A DNA stretch of 64,000 bases from Ramazzottius varieornatus (GCA_001949185.1 BDGG01000010.1:411337-475336); one strand, 5' to 3'; shown: positions 50,301 through 63,020, numbered from the stretch's first letter. The notes: generated by a model not told the origin, from the letters alone. Numbers and translations are program-made.

Positions 50301-51702
50301 TACTCGCTCGCCAGTCAAGTTCGTTTGATCTGGTCCATCTGATGGGCGACAATCAACAATCATTGATATCAGTGCGGGTGTGGTTCCCGGAAGTGATGAC
50401 GTACTTCGCAGAACTATCGAGGGAATACAGTGCAAGATCGTTGTCTCAGAGTTGCGCGCGCGCTTCCAGCCAATAACAATGGGAATATGCGCCACTTGAC
50501 ATAACAATCTTGTATCTCAATCTGGTCTGTTTGCCGGCATGCCATTTTGTTGACTGAATTTGTGGGAAATGTATAAAGGTGTTTTTGGGTTTCGTAGTCG
50601 ATAATGCTGTATCACAACGAGCAGCTCCTGCTATCTCTCCGCCTAGCCTACCGAGCTCGCTACCTCTTCTGCCTACTGAACCCGTCCAGCGAGCCCCATG
50701 GCTTCCTCTTCCGACTGGACTTGTCCATCGGCCTGATGCTCCATGGTCTTCGCTACCATCATCATTCCGTGACGTACCTCACCAATGCCGTGACGCTGGC
50801 CGAGAAGCTGTATGGTCCAGACCACCTCGAAACGGCGTTGGCACATTACGTCTTGGCTCGCGACAAAGCTTGCCGCGGAGAATTCAGGTCAGTCCTTTAA
50901 AAGATTGAACCATGTTTCGATGATGAATTTTGTCGTTTGGTTTTCTAGGGAGGCTTTGCAGCAACAAAAGAGAGTCATCGCAATCTACAAGAAGGTTCTG
51001 GGTGAAGGTTCCAACAAGACGATGGAAGCCTGTCAGATTTACGGACAGTTCACGGAGCAAGGAGTCAACTACGCCAAGCAGCTGAATGAGATTCAGCGAN
51101 NNNNNNNNNNNNNNNNNNNNNNNNNNNNNNNNNNNNNNNNNNNNNNNNNGCGCTACGAGCACAATAGTAAAAGCGCATTCAGAAACCAAGAATCTGACTT
51201 CTTAAAGTGATGAAATTTATTGAAAGTTCAAGAGCATTGTGACAGAAGCATGGAAGAAAGGAGAAATACAACGGTCGCGAACAGAAAGGAATTTAAACTA
51301 AGTTCAAACGATGATAAGACCTCGCAGCACCATGAAATCACGTTTGTTGATACTCAGATAACGGTAACCGAACACCAAGCACATTTTGTCTTGTAGATTT
51401 TGCCTCTGTCGCACTCGTCCATCTGCGAAATTCTCTCCGTCAAGAACGACCTGCGCTACCGCGTCAGCAATATCACGCCAGGTTTGTACTTGAGTAGCTG
51501 CTCGCCCACTCCCGAAGCCGACATGCTGAATCAAGTGGCTGCTCTGCTTATCAACAAACCCAGGTCCGCTATCGTGTCGGACGTCAGCTTGCCTCAGCGA
51601 CGAGCCTTTGCTGTCCCCGCGGACTCGAAGGACCGCGGCGACCTGCCCAATGGGAAAGAAGGAAAGACAGTGAGGCTAACTGCTACGGATGACATGGACT
51701 GA
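44321..51702 (+). CDS. CLU: Clustered mitochondria protein (clueless/CLUH), multi-exon; start codon tentative; N gap at 51100-51149
   Basis: [118 protein letters not shown], then a TPR region. Confidence 0.95.
45484..45581. repeat. Intronic palindromic element, CLU intron
   Basis: GAGTGGCGCAGG...CGTGCGCCACTAGGAAAACG..AATTTGTTTGCC. Confidence 0.75.
46552..46668. repeat. Intronic palindromic element, CLU intron
   Basis: GCAAACAGCTCGACCAGA..AAGTGGCG...TGCCACTT..TGGTCGAGTGTGTTTG. Confidence 0.75.
48762..48922. repeat. Intronic palindromic element, double copy, CLU intron
   Basis: AAGTGGCGCGC..GTGCACCACTT and CACGCACG..GTGCGCCACTTGGGGAAAC..TCTTGTCGAATTTGTTTGCC. Confidence 0.75.
50204..50432. 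mobile_element. MITE in a CLU intron
   Basis: Terminal inverted repeats CACTGTTTTCCCTCGATAGTTCTGCGAA...TTCGCAGAACTATCGAGGGAATACAGTG. Confidence 0.75.
50434..50537. repeat. Intronic palindromic element, CLU intron (duplicated at 36096-36199)
   Basis: CAAGATCGTTGTCTC..TTGCGCGCG...TGCGCCACTTG..ATCTTG..CTGTTTGCCGG. Confidence 0.75.
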
Positions 51703-53595
51703 AGTAAACCAGTCCCCGATACCCTCTTTTGTGTGATATACCAAAACCTTTGCTGTGAAAAGTTGATTGAATGAAGTGCCATGATGGAAGAATAAAATAA
51801 TCAAGAGAATCCATGCAATGAACAGTAGTATTCTCTTCTTCCCTTCTTTCTCTTGCTGTTTTATTCTTACGAACTTCCCTGTATTTCCTCACTTATCTAA
51901 TTTAGTGTTATGTTTGCGTCTGGTGCTCAGTTTTGCCTTTGACTTTGTTGTGTGATCTATCTTAATTTCTTAGTTAATTGACTTCCGGTTGGAAATGGTT
52001 CGGGTGACGGATTGGTGAAGAACTTGCTTCTCTTTTCTGACGATTGATTTTTGTTTGCTGTTTGCCGATATGATAAAAACTTGGTAACAGAATAGAAGAT
52101 GACGCTTGCAATCTCGTGAAGGAGATTGAAGGACCACACCTTGGAAGACTCAAGTTTCCCTGCAGGCAGTGCAGACCAGATCGCGTCTTTTGTCAGAGGG
52201 GATCGTCGTGGCTTGCTGCTTTGTGGAACTTGTTTATAGATCTTTGCGGCTTAGGTTCGCTTGGGTAAACAAGATCGATCAGGGCCCTCCTGGAATAAAG
52301 TTCAGTGGGAAGGATCAAAGATGCACATGTGACGATGAATAGATCACCTGCTGTGTGAAGTCCTCTGACGTAACGTGGCAGGTTAGCATACAAGGCTGAG
52401 CTGGTATCCGCTGTGTGACGTCAGCGACGCGTCCTTCAAGACTTCGGGTAAACAGTCTAATTAGCCAGTTGGGTTGCATGGCGAGTTAACATGGCAGAGC
52501 GGCACACACACCCGGCATGCCACGTTGTATGGCGAGCCGTTGGGTAAAGAGCTGTCGAACAGCTGCTTCTGCCGAGCAGAAAAAGCGAATAATTTTATTT
52601 TCCAGGCTCGATTTGTCTTCTAGGAACTCGGTGATCCTTTATCCCGTCTCCTAACCAGAAAACGTGCTGCGATTGAGTTGCGAAAGGAGAGGCGGAGGAA
52701 AGCGAGCCCTGGGACTGTCCTGGTGGAGAAGAAGCTGGAGGATCGGGAGGGATTTGGGGGCCGGAGGAAAGTGGCCTTGTTTGAGTTGTTTGCGCCCCAA
52801 AGCGTGGATCAAGTGGTAATCTCGGCTTGATTTACGGAAACCATGCTGTCATCGTTACATGCATTGCCTTTAGTCATACGTTTTACCTTTCCAGGTTATC
52901 AGCTGAAAGTGCCGCCGTCATTACACGGAACGCCAGATGCACGATTAGACGCTCCACACGCGGATAATGAACACCTTGTCGTGACATCATCGCTATGGTG
53001 AGCACCTATTCAAGAATCAAGGAATTAAATTTAGTTGCCCTGATAGGAGCGTCTTTGATGCAGGCAATCAGCTCACCGTGATCCAACCTGACACTCCCTG
53101 CTCATCCTCTCCCGGAAATCCACAAAGCATGCTCTATTGTTGTGATGCTGGACGCAGTGATGAGCTTGCGGCGTTTACGGGAGAGAGTGGAAAAAGTGAC
53201 GCGTTTTTTTCTTCGCTGTTACCTTCTCGACGATATTTGAGCCCTTCCTGTCTGTGATCTTCATATTCATTCTGCTGATGTTCCTCAGTCCGACTCTAAT
53301 GCGAAGGAATCATTTCTGAAAGGTACGAGGAAACGTTCCATCTGAGGAAATATGTTGACAGTTCGCTGCAGACTTTCAAGAATGCATCGAAAACTGAATG
53401 CGCCTTGATTTCATTGGGTGGGCGGAGTCACTTCTGCGCATCAGCGCTGTTAGCTTGTGTGCGCACTGCTCCATGCCGCTACTGGGCGCATTGCGTCATT
53501 TTATCGTCCAATAGAGCCTTTCCGATTTTATAAAGGTTGATTCTGCTTGATTAGGTCTCTTTGTTCTCCAGGTTCTCTTCATCGCCTTCCGTCAG

Positions 53596-55625
53596 ATGAT
53601 TGGCAAAGGTAATAGCGGACGGCGCTCTCAGGACGCCGATACCTTTCCTCTACAAGGTACTGCTGACCGCTCGTCCCGAGCAGGCGGAGCAACGACGACT
53701 GGCAAAGAGAAAGCCAAAGGCGCCATGGCCACCAAAGTTGTCAGTGGAGGAGCTCAAGGCCAAAGCGGTGCAAGCAGCACGTCCACAGGTACAGGCGCCA
53801 CAGCCGTAATGATGGTCGGGCCAAACTTTCGTGTGGGGAAGAAGATCGGCTCAGGAAACTTTGGCGAGCTTCGTCTGGGCAAGAATCTGTACAACAACGA
53901 GCACGTCGCTATCAAGCTGGAACCGATGAAAACCAAAGCACCACAATTGCACCTCGAGTATCGCTTTTATAAACTCCTCGGATCTCAAGGTATGTTTTCA
54001 CTTCTTTCGTCATTTTATGATTTCTTGAAATAGCCTTCCTGTCTGGAAGCACGGTAAAATAGCTGGACCAGATCGACGTTTCAAGTGGCGCACGTTTACA
54101 CCCAAAAAAACACCGAAGACGTGCATCACTTGGGAACTCGACAACATTGTTTTTTCCAAGTGACGCACGCTTTCAGTGTATTTGGCTGTAGGCGTGCGCT
54201 AATAGAAAATGATTTTGTCGATGCTGTTCGTTGAGCTCTCGTTTGCTTTGCCATCTATCTAACAATTGTCTTGCTATGATTGCAGAAGGTATTCCGAAAG
54301 TCTACTATTTCGGACCCTGTGGTAAGTACAACGCGCTAGTGATGGAGCTGTTAGGTCCAAGCCTGGAGGATCTATTCGACTTGTGCGATCGACGCTTCAC
54401 CCTCAAGACAGTCCTGATGCTGGCTGTCCAGCTGCTCACCAGGATGGAATATATCCATGGCAAGCACCTCATCTACCGTGACGTGAAACCCGAAAATTTT
54501 CTCATCGGCAGACAGTCCAACAAGAAGCACGGCTGTATCCACGTCGTCGATTTTGGTCTGGCCAAAGAATACATCGATCCTGATACTCAACGACACATTC
54601 CTTACCGGGAGCACAAATCGCTGACGGGCACCGCCAGATATATGAGCATCAACACCCACATGGGCAAAGGTAGGATCAGCCGTGCAAACGAGGAAGATAA
54701 GCTAATCGAATTCAGCGAATATTCAAGCGAGAAAATCTGTGCGCCTTGCGGTCAAAGCGTATTTTGGTGGCAGGTCTAGTACACGGTACCTCGATGGCGA
54801 GGGTTCGATCCCGAGTTTGACATGTATTTTGCGTTTTTTGACGTCATTGTTTACTTCGCAGAACAATCTCGGCGCGATGATCTGGAAGCCTTAGGTCACA
54901 TGTTCATGTACTTTCTTCGCGGTTCTCTTCCCTGGCAAGGCTTGAAAGCCGACACCCTTAAGGAACGCTACCAGAAGATCGGCGATACGAAGCGCGCCAC
55001 TCCAGTCGAGAGCCTCTGCGACGGTTACCCTGAAGAGTTCGCCATCTATCTCCGCTATGCCCGTCGCCTGGACTTCTTCGAAACTCCCGATTATGACTAC
55101 CTTCGTCGACTCTTCTTGGACCTTCACCACCGCATGAACTACAAGGACGACCTGGAGTTCGACTGGACAGCCAAGCAGCAACAAGCCACAGCCCAGCAAG
55201 GCGACTCAGCGGCTGCCACCGCCCGACCATCAGCTGGTGGCACGCAGAGACTGGCTCACACAGCACACAAGAACTCCAACTGGCAGCTGGATAGCAAGCA
55301 AGGTGGTCCGAGTAACCTACAGACACCGGGTGGGTCGGTAGCGGTTTTGAATAGCACTGATGTGGATGGGGTAGCGTTGGTCGGTGGCGGGGACCGTGGT
55401 GGTCTAGCAGATGATCCCACGGCTGGGCAGAGTAATACTCCCATTGCAGGCAGGGCGGGGGGACATGAAACGGACCTGTCGGACCATGAAATCAAGTGTT
55501 GCTGTTTCAAGAGGCGGAAGAGACGAACGAGGAAGAGTACCAGCTCCAGGCAACCCAACACGGCGCATACGGGGTTGAATGTAACGAATGCGACCACTTC
55601 TGGCACAGCGCTTTCTTCCAAGTAG
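53596..55625 (+). CDS. CSNK1G: Casein kinase 1 gamma (gilgamesh-like); 3 coding exons (53596-53989, ~54286-54669, ~54862-55625)
   Basis: [75 protein letters not shown], and C-terminal [11 protein letters not shown] palmitoylation motif typical of CK1-gamma. Confidence 0.97.
54055..54230. repeat. Intronic palindromic element, double copy, CK1-gamma intron 1
   Basis: GACCAGATCG..CAAGTGGCGCACG..CGTGCATCACTTGGG, then CCAAGTGACGCACG..CGTGCGC. Confidence 0.8.
54738..54815 (+). other. tRNA-derived (SINE-head-like) fragment in CK1-gamma intron 2
   Basis: B-box GGTTCGATCCC at 54802-54812 with an upstream A-box-like GTGCGCCTTGCGGTCAAAGCG; no intact cloverleaf seen. Confidence 0.3.
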
Positions 55626-57951
55626 GAAAGTCCCGTTTTCTTTTTCTGATTAGAGCGCTTTCTGAGATTTCAGTGAGGTGGTTTTTGGCGATGAGAAAGA
55701 ACTCAAGGGATGAATTAAGAAAAGAGAAGCACAAATGTGATATGCAGAATGAGAATGCAGAAAATTAGCCCGTTTCTTCTTCAGAAAAACTAATGTGTTT
55801 TCGAGTTGTGTGTGAGAATTGGGAAAGCTTGGAAATGGGTGGATGGAATGGCAGCTGCCTGGCGAAGAAAGAAAAAGGAAGACTGGAATTTGATCGGAGA
55901 GTTAACGCTGCTGTTTTATTTCTTTTTGGAAATTGGCGTTTGTTGAGGAAGTTGGACGATCGATTGATGGATGGTTTTCGGTAGAAGGAAGTTCTTCTGG
56001 GCTTTTAGCATTCATCTTGTGCTGCTCTTTATGCTGGTGGAAACTTTGAACTTGAAGTACCTTGATTCCTCCTCTCTGTTCTTTATACTTTAGCGTTGAA
56101 AGCAGTGTTCACCTTGTTGAAACTGCAGCCCTGTTATGATTCGCAGTTGATGAGCGAAATGTCGCGCTAATTAAATATTATTCTATGATAAAATCATGAC
56201 GACGGAGGCAGAAAGATTGGCCGGTGGTGAAGCTCTTCTCCTCCAAGAACATTACTGTACTTTAATTCCTGTAAAATTCGCCGTTAACTGAGCCGCCATC
56301 GGAAATTTGTTGATGGAACCTGAGCAGAGTCGGATTGTCTTGCTGCTAATATCAGGTGCTGTATCTCAGGCCGCTCATCAATAAGTATGCTGCCCATGTG
56401 AGTCGCACACTAGATCGAGAACTGGAGCGTAGGTGTTGGATCGTCACTGCTTCCTGTGAGCTCTACAGATCGTCAGAGATAATTTCGATCTGGAGCAGAG
56501 TGGAACTTTTCAAAGAGGAATAACCTGCAAACCATGTATACGGGGAGTCGACTCTTTTTTTCCATGTGCAAACAGCAGCTTAAAAGAGCAAAAAGCTGCC
56601 CATGCATTTTGACATTGCCACATTCATCAGACTCATTTACTGTATTTTCTCATGCCGTAGCGCCATCTATAGAGCTCGATTGGAAATTTGGAATGACCGG
56701 ACCGTCCGGGACCCGGGACCGACTATAACGGTTTGACAATACTGTGAAAGATAGAAATAACAAGAAAAATGATAGAAGGGCCTGAAGTTTGAAAAGTCAG
56801 GTCGTACATTAGAATGGAGGTCCCGCACTAGACTACGCTGGAAAAAAATTATGATGGCTCTTTGTTATATAGATGTATAAATACAATAGCTCGTACTTGA
56901 GAACCACCGTTTTCTCAGTCTAGAGTAAAATTCCTGCGCATGACAATCGAAGCATTTCTTTTGGAAAGTTCAATGGGATAAGTCTGCAATGGAGCTTGTC
57001 TTTTGATGTATGTCAAGAGTCTTTTGTAGCTGGTACACAAGCATCGTTTGAGTGGATTGGCACAGTAGGCAGTCCATGATATGCCTATCGGTACACAGCA
57101 TCTCCCTGTCACTGTTTCAGGGAAACATCTGACCGTACCTTGACCAGAGGCAGATTTCTGTCTGTGTATTGCTAACCCCCAAGTTTGAGATGGCGCACCG
57201 GGATTCGGTTGACTACTTGATCCCGTGCGCAAGAGCTTCCCGAGGAACGTTTCACTAACGTTCTCGGCAGCGTCAACGTTCCACAGTTTTCGAAGAACCA
57301 TCGCATGCCCGAGACCGGAAGCGAGTTTCACTGGCACGGGTCGAGCCACGTACCTTGATGAGGTACGTGGCTTTGTGTGGTCGGTACAAACACGAAAGCG
57401 AGATCGGGTGGTATTCAACCGAGAAGCTGTCCACATGCAGTTCGTACTGTACGTGTGTCAGACGGGCACCGGTACAACTTGGTCTTGGTCGATCTTTTAT
57501 CGTTGAACGTGGGCGTCTTCTCTGAATTGTGCTGCCTGATTTGCCGATAGCCGACGCATCAAAAGATAGACAGACTGTCTACACCATTCGTGTCTAAGCT
57601 GCCCCAAAGCTGGTACGACTCCATCGCGGCCATCGAAATGTGTGCAGTTGACAAGGCGGAATCGATCGTTCTATTTGCGAGTACGCTAAGCTTTACATAA
57701 CGTTGGATAGGCTGACTGATTGTGCAGTCTTTTGACGTCGACTACCCTAGACTGGTTTGAATACAGAAAGGTCCGGACGGAATTGTAATCCTAGTCCTTC
57801 TCTATTATCATGCTGGCCAGAGGAATATCAAAAGTTGATTGTGTTATGTGCTGATCAAGAGGAGACTGGGAATTGTGGGGAAGTCGATTCGGAGCACGGG
57901 ACTCTTGCTATTTGATAACACTCATCCCTGTTGTCAAAGTCGCCCTTCGTC

Positions 57952-60900
57952 ATGTCGCTCAAGTGTCGCGGCTGTGAAATGCCCATATTTGATCGCTTTA
58001 TCATGACGGTCCTCAACCATACCTGGCATGCCGATTGCTTACGGTGTCATCACTGTAAAATACACCTGCAAGACAGATGCTTCTTCCGCAATGAACGACT
58101 TTTTTGTCGCCAAGACTATTTCCGGTAAGTCGCACTGGAGCGTTTCGGGCTTTCTGGAAGATCTCTAGGATACTGCATTTTCGACCACATGAAAACTTGT
58201 ACAAAATGCCACTGATCATGCAACTGGCCATTTCAATTATTGTGACCTCAGCGCCGCACAGTAAACCCCAAATTTTGAAATCTGATTTTAGGCTGTGTCC
58301 CGTGTTCCCCCATCACATTTTGCATGAACTTTCGTTTCGTGTATTTATTTTCTTTGTTCCGATGGCCCCAGCTTTTGAGCTCAAAAAGTACGGTTTTCCA
58401 GACATAAAATTATGATTCCTTCCACCGTCCGGGGAAACCCGTGACGCAGCAGATGCTTCGGGTCTGTGAATTACCCAGTCGTAAGAAAATTATGTTGGGC
58501 CGGTTGTTTTGCTCCCAAAGGAGGTTACTAGCCCGAACCGCATACGGCTAGGTGTCGAGGAATGTGGTGCAAATTGCTCACGGACAGGAGCAATTGACCG
58601 CTTTCGTGCTGTCTCTTATGCAAGAACGGTAGTTAGAAGGAGATCATTCACGGAACTCATTGTTGTGATGCTTTGTGATAACTATCGGGAATAACTCATT
58701 ATCTCAACTGACTGTGCGGTCAGGATAAAAAGGAAATCTTTGGGCAAACCAAAGACAGATTCAAAACAAAGTCCAAAATCTCGCCGTCTCATGCAAAATG
58801 TTGTGTTGAAGAAGAGATCAAGCTCACAACATGTCTATCACAGATCATAACATATGTAGAAAATAGGCGGCAGAGCTGTTGGTGCCCACTGTTCCGCCAA
58901 ACGTTTGGTTCCGCCAGTTCAGCAAGGTTTGCACGATTAAATCCTAAATTCTTCTGCGGAAGTCCCGAAATTCTTTTTCCTGGACAGATTCAGCAAGCCA
59001 TCATGTGCTGCCGATTCTAACGCCACCTGGTACGGGAAGCGGTCCTCGCACCACCCGTTCATCCCATTCTGTAGATGTATAAGTAGGACGCGCAGAGGAA
59101 GTAGTATAAAGTTTCGGCTGTTGGATGACTTTGGGAGACACAAGTTGAGCAATGAGGCTGCGCAAGACGGCAAGGGGTACTTGCTGTTTTGTTTCCGATT
59201 TTGACGCAATTTCTGTTGGGAAGTTATGTGGGATTATCGGCTTGGGAGCATAAATCTGCATGCCTGTGTCATACGCAATGGCGGTTCTGGCGGAGAAGGG
59301 CTGTCAAGCATTGCTGGCGCGCAGCTGAGCATGATTACTAAATTGTTGGCTCATGCTCCCTTGCGCCTCTTGGTCTGGCTTTTATGTCTTCCTTGACAGA
59401 CTGCTTTGACGTTGGCCAATGGCCCTGATTTAAATGAGAAATTTACACTCGTATTTCCCACCGACACGTGTCTCTATTTGCACTGAACACGACGATTTAA
59501 AGATAATAAAGCCACAAAACGGGCACAGGCACACGGCAGCTTAACTGGTAAGCAAATCCGGCATCTTGCACCTAACCACCGCGCAATCTGAGCCTGTTTT
59601 ACGCATGCCTGACGAAAATCCAACTTGCCCACTGACAGTCTGGGGCCATCCATATCAGGCTGTAAGGTGATCAGATACTCCTATGACCATAAAGGGATGC
59701 ACCAGAGGATCATGATCGGATATCTACTGGAGGAACAAGTACTGGGGTAGTTTGTCTAGGCGCTGTTTCAAAACCCGCGAATGACATTGGGTTAGGGTGG
59801 CAGACGCCAATCGACGGGTCATGAACCATGGTGGAAAAAACGGTCAACCGTGTACGAAATTCTGTACAAGACTGCCGTGAAACACCCACGAAACGAAACT
59901 GCGAGACGAACGGAGTACAGAAAGCAGTCCTCCAATCCACGTATTGTGGAAGACTAAGTTTCTTCAGGAAATAAGCTAACTTTTTGCTGAAAGTGTAGTG
60001 CATCTCTCGTGTCTTCAAATTATTACATGGATCGATTTTGGGGATTTTACCCGACCTTTCTCACGGTTCAATCGATGGCGGATTTGGGTGACGCCATGTT
60101 GCTTCGCAGTTCACACCACGGCTTCCTTGACGCGTGACTGCCATGCTATTCTAACCTCAATTTGGTCTCAAATGACAGCCAGCTATACTTATGATCAATG
60201 TGTTGATGTTGCTGTTGCAGGGTATTCGGTGCCAAATGTCGCGGATGTGGCGCGGCAATCCTGCCCGATGACTTGATCCGAAAGACGCCGAACGGTAATA
60301 TTTATCACGCCGAATGCTTCACCTGTACCTCCTGCCACAAGCTCTTGTCAACCGGCGAGGAGCTACACATCTTCAACGACTGTCACTTTATATGCAAGGA
60401 GGACTTTGCCAACAGCAATTTCACACCACAGCTACTGCAGAATCCACCAAGGCCGACATCGCAGTCCGTCGGTAAGTGTCTTCATGAGCTCAAAATCCAA
60501 CCAAAAACGGTAGAAACAAGACGAGAAGTCCAACTGGAAACCAAAAACATGTTTATGGAGAGGAAGAATCATGCATGGGTGAAAGCATACAAACATCGAG
60601 TTATTCAATTGGGTCAAGAGCACAATGGAATATTTATGATGTGGCGGTGTTTGGGTCCACAAAGTTTTACAACTGTTGATGGTCTCTAGCGAGCATTTGG
60701 CGTGTTTACTCTTGCGTATCATAACATTGGTCGAGGTGCGATACAGTAATAATCCTCACTTCTTTACTACGTTACACAAGGTAGCTTCTACGGGCTGAAA
60801 CGAACTAGTTGGTATTTGATAGTTTGCGTTCAGCAAGTCACAAATCTGCAAGTCATTCTAAACACCACGTGACAATTTGCCTGCGCTGTAAAGCGGCATC

Positions 60901-62672
60901 TTGGGTTTCTTTCTACGTTTGCTTGAATCTCCAAGGTAAATTCAGAGTTGACCGCACACTCCCTGTTATTCTGCCCTGTCAGTGACGTAGTAAAGAGGTG
61001 AGGATTATCATTGTATCACATTCGGCGGGTAACTTGTTTTTTGAATCTGAATCCAAATATTGTGAAGCTGGAAGACCATCTTTGACAGCGCAGAAGGAAA
61101 GGGCGGGATCTTTGGAAGGGTGAAAATACACAACGCACCAAAGACTCCATGAACCTTATTGATGGCCGTGACCCCCGCCGCCACAAAAAGAACTTGATCG
61201 ACATCATCGGTCAAACGGGCACTAAACGGAAAATCTTGTCTTAGCTTTTTATTGCCCGTCTACAAGCGATGCTATGTACAATGTCATGTCTCGCATCGGT
61301 TGTCCGGTCAATTGATTAATGACCTTATATCTGAGACATGGCAAGACAGCTACTTGTTTCATGTCCGTCCTTGATCACTTCTTCCCGCAATTAACACCTT
61401 TACCGCTTGTGAAAACCTAAGGTGTAATTAATTGACTGCGCGGCAGGCTATTGTTAGCGTTGCTCATTACTCTGCCATTGGGTAAGTCGTAAAAACTTTT
61501 GCTTCTCTCTGATTATTATAGTCAAAGACGAGGAACGTAGTGATGGATTCGACCCAAAAGACTGTCTAAAACCGGAGGTCGTCCGAGGTGTTTCAGAACC
61601 CGAGAAAGAAACCTTGGTACTGCATAACTTAGACAAACCAACGAAAAGCCGCGCGCGGAAGCCTCGTGACAATGGGCGCGCGAATGTGTCGGCCGGTCCC
61701 ATAACGCCCACCATGGTAGGTCGAGCTATTCGTATTTCTAGTCTTGCGGAGTTTGATTATGAATTTCTAAACAGGAGGATAAGCCCGAAGATGAAGAAGA
61801 AGATGATCGAAGCAGCCAGCTGAGCAACGAGGAACTGATGCAGTCCGTTGAGAAGTCCAGCGGAGCTGTCACTGGCGAAGCGGAAAGCAAGAGCTTGGCT
61901 GGCGACAACGATGAGCATGAGGGCTCCAGTATCGACGAAGGCTCCGACCCGGCCGTTGGCAACGACGAGAACATCAGCACCAAGCGTCGCGGCCCACGCA
62001 CTACCATCAAAGCCAAGCAACTCGAGCTCCTCAAAAGTATGTCATATCGGGCCAAGTTGCGTCTCGTGATAGATGTTTTGCCAAGCCGGGCCCGAGGAAA
62101 AATTTTCCTGAGCTTTTCCTCCGCCCTTCTATCTGAGAAAGTCTATTCGAAGATCTGGACAAGTGATAAAATGCGGCCCTTCAACATGAGCGTCTATTGG
62201 CCAGCTAGTTTTCTGCAACCTGTTCAGCTACAGGACCTTCCTGAAGAAAACTCAGGCGTGTGGTAGAGGACAATTGCAATGGCCGAAAAAGATGTTAGGC
62301 AGCTCTTTCTCCAGATTTGGAAATTGAACCGGCCTAGGTCTCGGAACTGTTAGAAATATTTTCTCGCTCAAGTGAACTTTGCGCTAGCCCGCCCTTCGGG
62401 CTTCGACCCTGTAATCATATTATTGTTATGCCGGCCCTTCTCATCCGACTTTACAGCCTATATAACAATGCCTAGGGCCGACCGCATACATAGTCGTCTT
62501 GTTCGGGCCCGGCTGTGACATGGCCAACTTATCGATATGGCTAAAATAAGCTTCGGTGCTTGGAATGATAATCCGCCTACTTTTAGGTGCCTTCGCACAA
62601 ACACCCAAGCCCACGCGGCACATTCGCGAGCAACTGGCACAAGAAACCGGTCTGACCATGCGTGTTATACAG
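57952..62672 (+). CDS. LHX1/5: LIM-homeobox protein of the Lhx1/5 (Lim1/lin-11) class; 3' part lies beyond the window
   Basis: LIM1 at 57952-58124 ([24 protein letters not shown]), LIM2 at ~60221-60471, homeodomain [18 protein letters not shown]|[29 protein letters not shown]. The WFQN exon was not found in the window. Confidence 0.93.
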
Positions 62673-62838
62673 GTGAGAAACAATATCGCATCTTCTTATT
62701 ATTCAATTTTCCTTCCCGCGTTGTCAGTCCGACCTACGTCAATCGCGAGAGAAAATTATAGGCTTGGAGAGCTAGACCCGGCAAAGTATGATTTCGTTAC
62801 GAGTTACGGATAATATTCTTGTCGGAACTGTAAACTGA

Positions 62839-63020
62839 GAGCTCGGCAAACAAACACAATCAGATCGGTTTCCCGAACAGCACACGTATGCAGTGATATT
62901 GGCGGGCAGTCGTGCGGCACTTGGGGAACCCATCTTATCGAGCTCCCAAGCGGCGCACGTTTCCAGCGTATTCAGCTGGGGGAGTGCGTCGCTTGGGAAA
63001 GTGATCTGGTTGAAGTTTCG
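62839..63020. repeat. Intronic palindromic element, double copy, Lhx1/5 intron
   Basis: GAGCTCGGCAAACAAACAC..GTGCGGCACTTGGG..CCCAAGCGGCGCACG..GTGCGTCGCTTGGGAAA. Confidence 0.8.
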
